DNA of 64,000 bases from an uncultured delta proteobacterium (GTDB lineage Bacteria; Desulfobacterota; Binatia; UBA9968): the NCBI GenBank assembly GCA_963771465.1, contig CAVYTU010000017.1, positions 192,001-256,000 of the forward strand, written 5' to 3'. The notes under the pieces were generated by a model. The model had not been told where the DNA came from and made no database searches. It worked only from the letters and a program-made list of their open reading frames with translations. How positions within the stretch are numbered: the stretch's first letter is position 1; each line of letters opens with the position of its first letter. This document shows, in pieces, positions 60,355 to 64,000 of the stretch. Position numbers and translations under genes: made by a program.

Positions 60355-61101
60355 TCAACCTCTCCAATAATTTTCCTGCCCATAATGTTCATAGAGCTGG
60401 GTTTCATACTCGCGGTCGAGTTTGTCGGAATTAAATTCTGGCCCGCTCTTTATCGCCTCGCGCGAAAGGTTGACGTAAACGTTGGAGTTCTTCCAATCGA
60501 CAGTGGCGATCCACCGCGGCGCTACCAGGATTTTCTTTCCCGGCAACCAGTTGCGGGTATCGACGACCATATAGCGAATCGTCCAGGTGTCATCGTCGAC
60601 AATAAAATCATCGACGTGGCCGATCTCGCCGTCGGTCGCCTGAATCGAGTATTCGGTCACGTGCTTCATGCTGCGTAGATGGGATTGATTCACCTCTTCC
60701 GTGAGTGCGATCTTTTGATCGATGTCTTCGGCAATCAAATCCCGCGGCAGAGTTACCGGTCCCCAAATTTCATCGCCGGCCCAGTAATAGGGGAATCCGT
60801 AGTAGTTGTAATACCTAACTTCATCTTGAGCCGACAATTCTTCGTTCAGGCTAATATCCGGACTATTTTTTACCTGTTCTTGCGTCAGTAACACCGGCAG
60901 TCGTTTTCCCTCCCAGTCCGCCTGATCGACGACGATGGGCGAAATCAACACCTTGCGTCCGGGCAACCAACGTTTGGTGTCCGCGACCAAATACCGAACC
61001 GTCCAATTTTTATCGTCGAAAATAAAATCGTTGGCTTCGCCGATATCACCGTCGCGCGCGCCAATGGAAAAACCTTTCAGATCCTTCATTTTACGAAGCA
61101 T
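60355..61101 (-). CDS. Tandem PRC-barrel domain protein
   Basis: Two repeats of A.DG.IG...DFI.DD..WT.RY.V.DT..WLPG.K.L. Confidence 0.88.
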   Translation of the reverse strand: MLRKMKDLKGFSIGARDGDIGEANDFIFDDKNWTVRYLVADTKRWLPGRKVLISPIVVDQADWEGKRLPVLLTQEQVKNSPDISLNEELSAQDEVRYYNYYGFPYYWAGDEIWGPVTLPRDLIAEDIDQKIALTEEVNQSHLRSMKHVTEYSIQATDGEIGHVDDFIVDDDTWTIRYMVVDTRNWLPGKKILVAPRWIATVDWKNSNVYVNLSREAIKSGPEFNSDKLDREYETQLYEHYGQENYWRG

Positions 61102-61400
61102 AACGTCACCTCCGTGGCCGAGAATTAGGTTGACTTGGATTCAGCTCTTCACTAGGAACTTAAACGATGAGCGACAACTGTATTCGCTGGTTATATGTCG
61201 CATGGGCGGTTAATTGGCTCAAGTGTGTAGTATTGACCATGGTGAGCGGACTTTCGACTTACTTGAAGCGGTTTAAGTATCGCCTTGACCCCATAATGCA
61301 CTTATGCGGGATGGTTGCCGTCCAATTTTAGACGGTTTCGAAAATGATTCGCAGTCGGTCTAGTCGACCACCTAGTCTATTAGTTCTTTGGAGGTGTGCC

Positions 61401-61670
61401 GTGGGTCGTATAAATGTTTTCTTGACCGACGAGCTGCTCGAACGGATCAACGAAGAAGCAAAGGAAGAGAAAACCACCCGCAGCGCGCTGATTCAGACGG
61501 CTTTGGAGAATTATATCGAAGCCCAGCGGCGTGATCGCGCAGAGGAGGAAAAACAGAAAACGATGCATAAAGCCGCGCGCAAGATGGATGCGTTGGCAAA
61601 GAAATTGGGCAAATGGAATGCGCAAAAAAAAAATCCGAAAGTACCGCCGAGCAACCTCAAGGAAAACTAA
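61401..61670 (+). CDS. Ribbon-helix-helix (CopG-like) protein, probable orphan antitoxin
   Basis: GTG start after GGAGG; RINVFLTDELLERINEEA....TRSALIQTALE. Confidence 0.7.
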   Translation: MGRINVFLTDELLERINEEAKEEKTTRSALIQTALENYIEAQRRDRAEEEKQKTMHKAARKMDALAKKLGKWNAQKKNPKVPPSNLKEN

Positions 61671-61741
61671 TCGTCTAAGAAATTAGGAGTTTGAAGAAGG
61701 TTATACGCTAATTCTGAAGTTTAATTTTGTTCTGGTCAGGA

Positions 61742-61801
61742 GTTTAACGTCTTGGGTGAGAGGCGCGGTCCACCGCGTCCGTCTCAACCCAATGGTTAGA
61801 C
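61742..61801 (-). mobile_element. Integron attC site (60 bp)
   Basis: Minus strand GTCTAAC(R'') CATTG GGTTGAGA(L'') CGG ACGCGG-TGGA-CCGCGC C TCTCACC(L') CAAGAC GTTAAAC(R'); the upstream gene's TAA stop lies inside R''. Confidence 0.85.
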
Positions 61802-63236
61802 ACCGCGTTCATCGACTGCGCTAGGGAACATTCCCTGTCCTGGGGTCAGCACATTGTTTGGATCGAAACGCTGCTTTGCATTTCGGAACGATTCCCAAAC
61901 TGGCCCATAGTACTGAATCCAATCCGCCTGCGAAAACGGTATCGCGGTCGTGGTCAAGCGCGTCCCGCCCATATCGCGCGCCCGCTCGTAAAGAGTGCGA
62001 TTCATCGCGAGCAGGGATCCAATGTCGGTAAACGACGCCGGTGGTCTGCGCCGGAGTTGAAATCGAACGGCGAGATCTTCCTTCGGCATGCGAACGAGCG
62101 GACGCTTGATGCTGCTCGTCCTCCATACAGAAAACAACTGAGTGGAAAAGGCGACTTCCGCCGGAGTGGCGAGAACTCTGTTGCCAAACTCGACGGATGT
62201 CGATGCGGGCAAGCACACGTGCAGCCAGGGCTGCGGCAGGGGGGAGGGGTTGAAGGGTATGCGCCGATAGTATTCGGGATAGGTTATCACGCTGGCACTC
62301 TTACTTGTGAATCCCAGGCCCGCGAGCAGTTGCGATTCGTTTGGGGAATTCGGAGCATCGTAGAAGGCTCCGCATGGCAGGTTAAACGTGAACCCGCCGC
62401 CTGGTCGTTCGCGGGTGTTCCCATCGACTTCGTTGAAACGCCCGTCCTTCACGAGAAACGTCAGATCAGCGATGGCAGCTTGCCAGTTGGCGTAACTCAG
62501 CACGAGGAAGAGGACATGCGTGGGTGCCGGCACCAGCACCATGACTGCTTTCACGATAATGCCGCATTGACCCATACCGGCAAGCATGGCGTTGAAGAGA
62601 TCACTGTTGCGTTCGTCGGAACAGGTAACGAGCTGTCCATGCCCCGTCACCACCTGGAGCTCTAGGACGTGATCGACCTGAAATCCTTCGCGCCATGTGC
62701 TCGCGTGGAATCCACCCGTACTGATCGTCCCGCCGACCGAAAGGAAGTAAGGGGCAGTCACTGGTGGCCTGAGCTTGCGGGCGTACGCCGCATCGTAGAC
62801 CGCGCTCCACAGCGCTCCGGAGCTGGCCTCGATGGCCGGACGGCCGCCGACGTCGATGACACGGACCGAATTCAAGGTGCTGGAGTCTATGACAACTCCG
62901 GCATCGACTTGAGCCTGGCCAAACATTGCCTGGCCATTGCCCCGCATCGGCGACCTTGAGGCCGCGCTGGTTCGCAAATCGAACGAGTTCAACCACATCT
63001 TCAACTGAACTGGGCCTGAGCACGGCGATTGGCATCCGGTGGACGATGTGTCCGAAGTCGTCTGCAGCCACCTGCCGCTCGGCGTCACCGAAGAGCAATC
63101 TCCCACTGAGATCCGTCAGGTCGTTGCGCAGGAGTTGCCCCATGGGCAGCGACGGCGGCAGGCGAGAAATTTTTCGTTCCATGCGTCACCCCTAAGTCCC
63201 GCGCTAGTCGCGCTGATATCAAACTGCGATGTCTAA
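61748..63236 (-). mobile_element. Integron gene cassette (about 1.49 kb)
   Basis: Begins at G|TTAGAC (63237-63231), the exact complement of its own R'' GTCTAAC; carries one gene; ends in attC. Confidence 0.8.
61796..63182 (-). CDS. FAD-binding oxidoreductase, cytokinin-dehydrogenase-like (VAO/PCMH family), frameshift near 62950
   Basis: AADDFG...PIAVLRPSSVEDV, RG.G..MFGQAQ, LSVGGTIS, FNAMLAGMGQCGII, QPWL, W..YYG..W..F..AKQRFDP..VLTPGQGMF. Confidence 0.8.
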
Positions 63237-63290
63237 CTATTAAGTGAGCCGCCGTAGGCGGCGACAAACGCTGGTCGGCTTATCTCTGGC
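63231..63290 (-). mobile_element. Putative attI-like recombination site preceding the cassette
   Basis: GCCGCC-TAC-GGCGGC-TCACTTAATA-GTTAGAC core site with no upstream R''/L'' arm that would make it an attC. Confidence 0.5.
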
Positions 63291-63323
63291 GACGGCTCCG
63301 ACAATAAAATCCAAATCGGTTGC

Positions 63324-63352
63324 AATATCCAACGGCTAACCCAACTTGTCAA
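63324..63352 (-). promoter_or_regulatory. Putative cassette promoter (Pc-like)
   Basis: TTGACA-N17-GATATT pointing into the cassette, about 90 bp upstream of the core site. Confidence 0.55.
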
Positions 63353-63552
63353 CGATAAGTATTCCGCAAAAAGCCGCCCGAAGTGGCGGCTTATCTCACT
63401 AACGACTGGCGGGTTATTCCAACCCACGTTTCCTTGTGCTACCGGTGAATACTTACCAACCGATCCGCGCTCGGCAAGAAATAGTAAGTGGTGTCGGCTT
63501 ATTAACACACGACGGGATCTATTGCTTCTCACCCGGTCACGAACGGTTCCAG

Positions 63553-63690
63553 TTATCGATGGCCGAGCCGTCGCGCGCCGGTGTCGCTGACGGTGATCGG
63601 TTCGCCGATGAGAGCGGGCGTGCCTTTGAAGTCGATCTGCGTTTTTACCGTGAATGTAAATCCCGGCTCGATGACGATGTCTCTGTCACG
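63553..63690 (-). pseudogene. C-terminal fragment of an M24 (Xaa-Pro peptidase-like) protein
   Basis: IEPGFTFTVK...IGEPITVSDTGARRLGHR*; no N-terminal part visible upstream. Confidence 0.5.
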
Positions 63691-63822
63691 CGCTGCCTCC
63701 CAAAGGGCGGATGGACTTGCTTTCGGCCGAAACAGAATAGCGGCAAAGAACGCAATGGGCAAAGGAGAACGTATGACAACCACCAGGGAATCTGGCACAA
63801 TGCAGGCGAACGGAGAATGGTT

Positions 63823-64000
63823 ATGAGCGACATCACATTGTCTATCCCAGATGAGACTCTAGTGGCTCTCAAGGTCAGGCCCGAACAACTGGGCGGTGAA
63901 ATTCGACTGGCGGCTGCCGTAAAGTTGTACGAAGTCGGTCGAATTTCGTCTGGTACGGCGGCGAAGCTTGCGGGTATTCCGAGAAGGCTGTTCTTAACGA
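63823..64000 (+). CDS. UPF0175-family protein (probable antitoxin), partial
   Basis: MSDITLSIPDETL...EIRLAAAVKLYEVGRISSGTAAKLAGIPR; GGAG RBS; runs off the window end. Confidence 0.8.
   Translation, partial: MSDITLSIPDETLVALKVRPEQLGGEIRLAAAVKLYEVGRISSGTAAKLAGIPRRLFLT

Overview
GC-rich bacterial chromosome segment. Gene content suggests a Deltaproteobacteria-like lineage, possibly Candidatus Binatia (inference only). 1-13 kb: two ArnT/GT39-like glycosyltransferases, a Tat aldo-keto reductase, an NTT-type MFS transporter, an ACT protein, hydrolases, TlpA-SH3 and oligopeptidase B. 13-46 kb: intact housekeeping block (rarA, ffh-rpsP-khpA-rimM-trmD-rplS, a MASE1 hybrid kinase, groESL, ldcA-mpl peptidoglycan recycling, dapL-folK, tRNA-fMet, rsmD-coaD-aspC, smc-ftsY, rng). 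46-60 kb: transport/catabolic island (ABC importer, nitroreductase, 2 VOC, 2 MFS, DUF1152, alpha/beta hydrolase, isochorismatase, 2 Rieske proteins, SBP). 60-64 kb: stress genes, antitoxin-type genes and an integron-type gene cassette. Most notable items: (1) a 60-bp attC-bounded cassette carrying a cytokinin-dehydrogenase-like flavoprotein behind an attI/Pc-like region with no integrase in view; (2) a ~180-nt highly structured orphan intergenic RNA candidate after rng; (3) a DnaA-box cluster between DUF507 and ldcA; (4) tandem NrdR-like boxes flanking a perfect DnaA box upstream of smc. About ten single-base frameshifts fall only in the flanking accessory regions and may be sequencing errors. 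All product calls come from motif recognition by eye; no database search was run.
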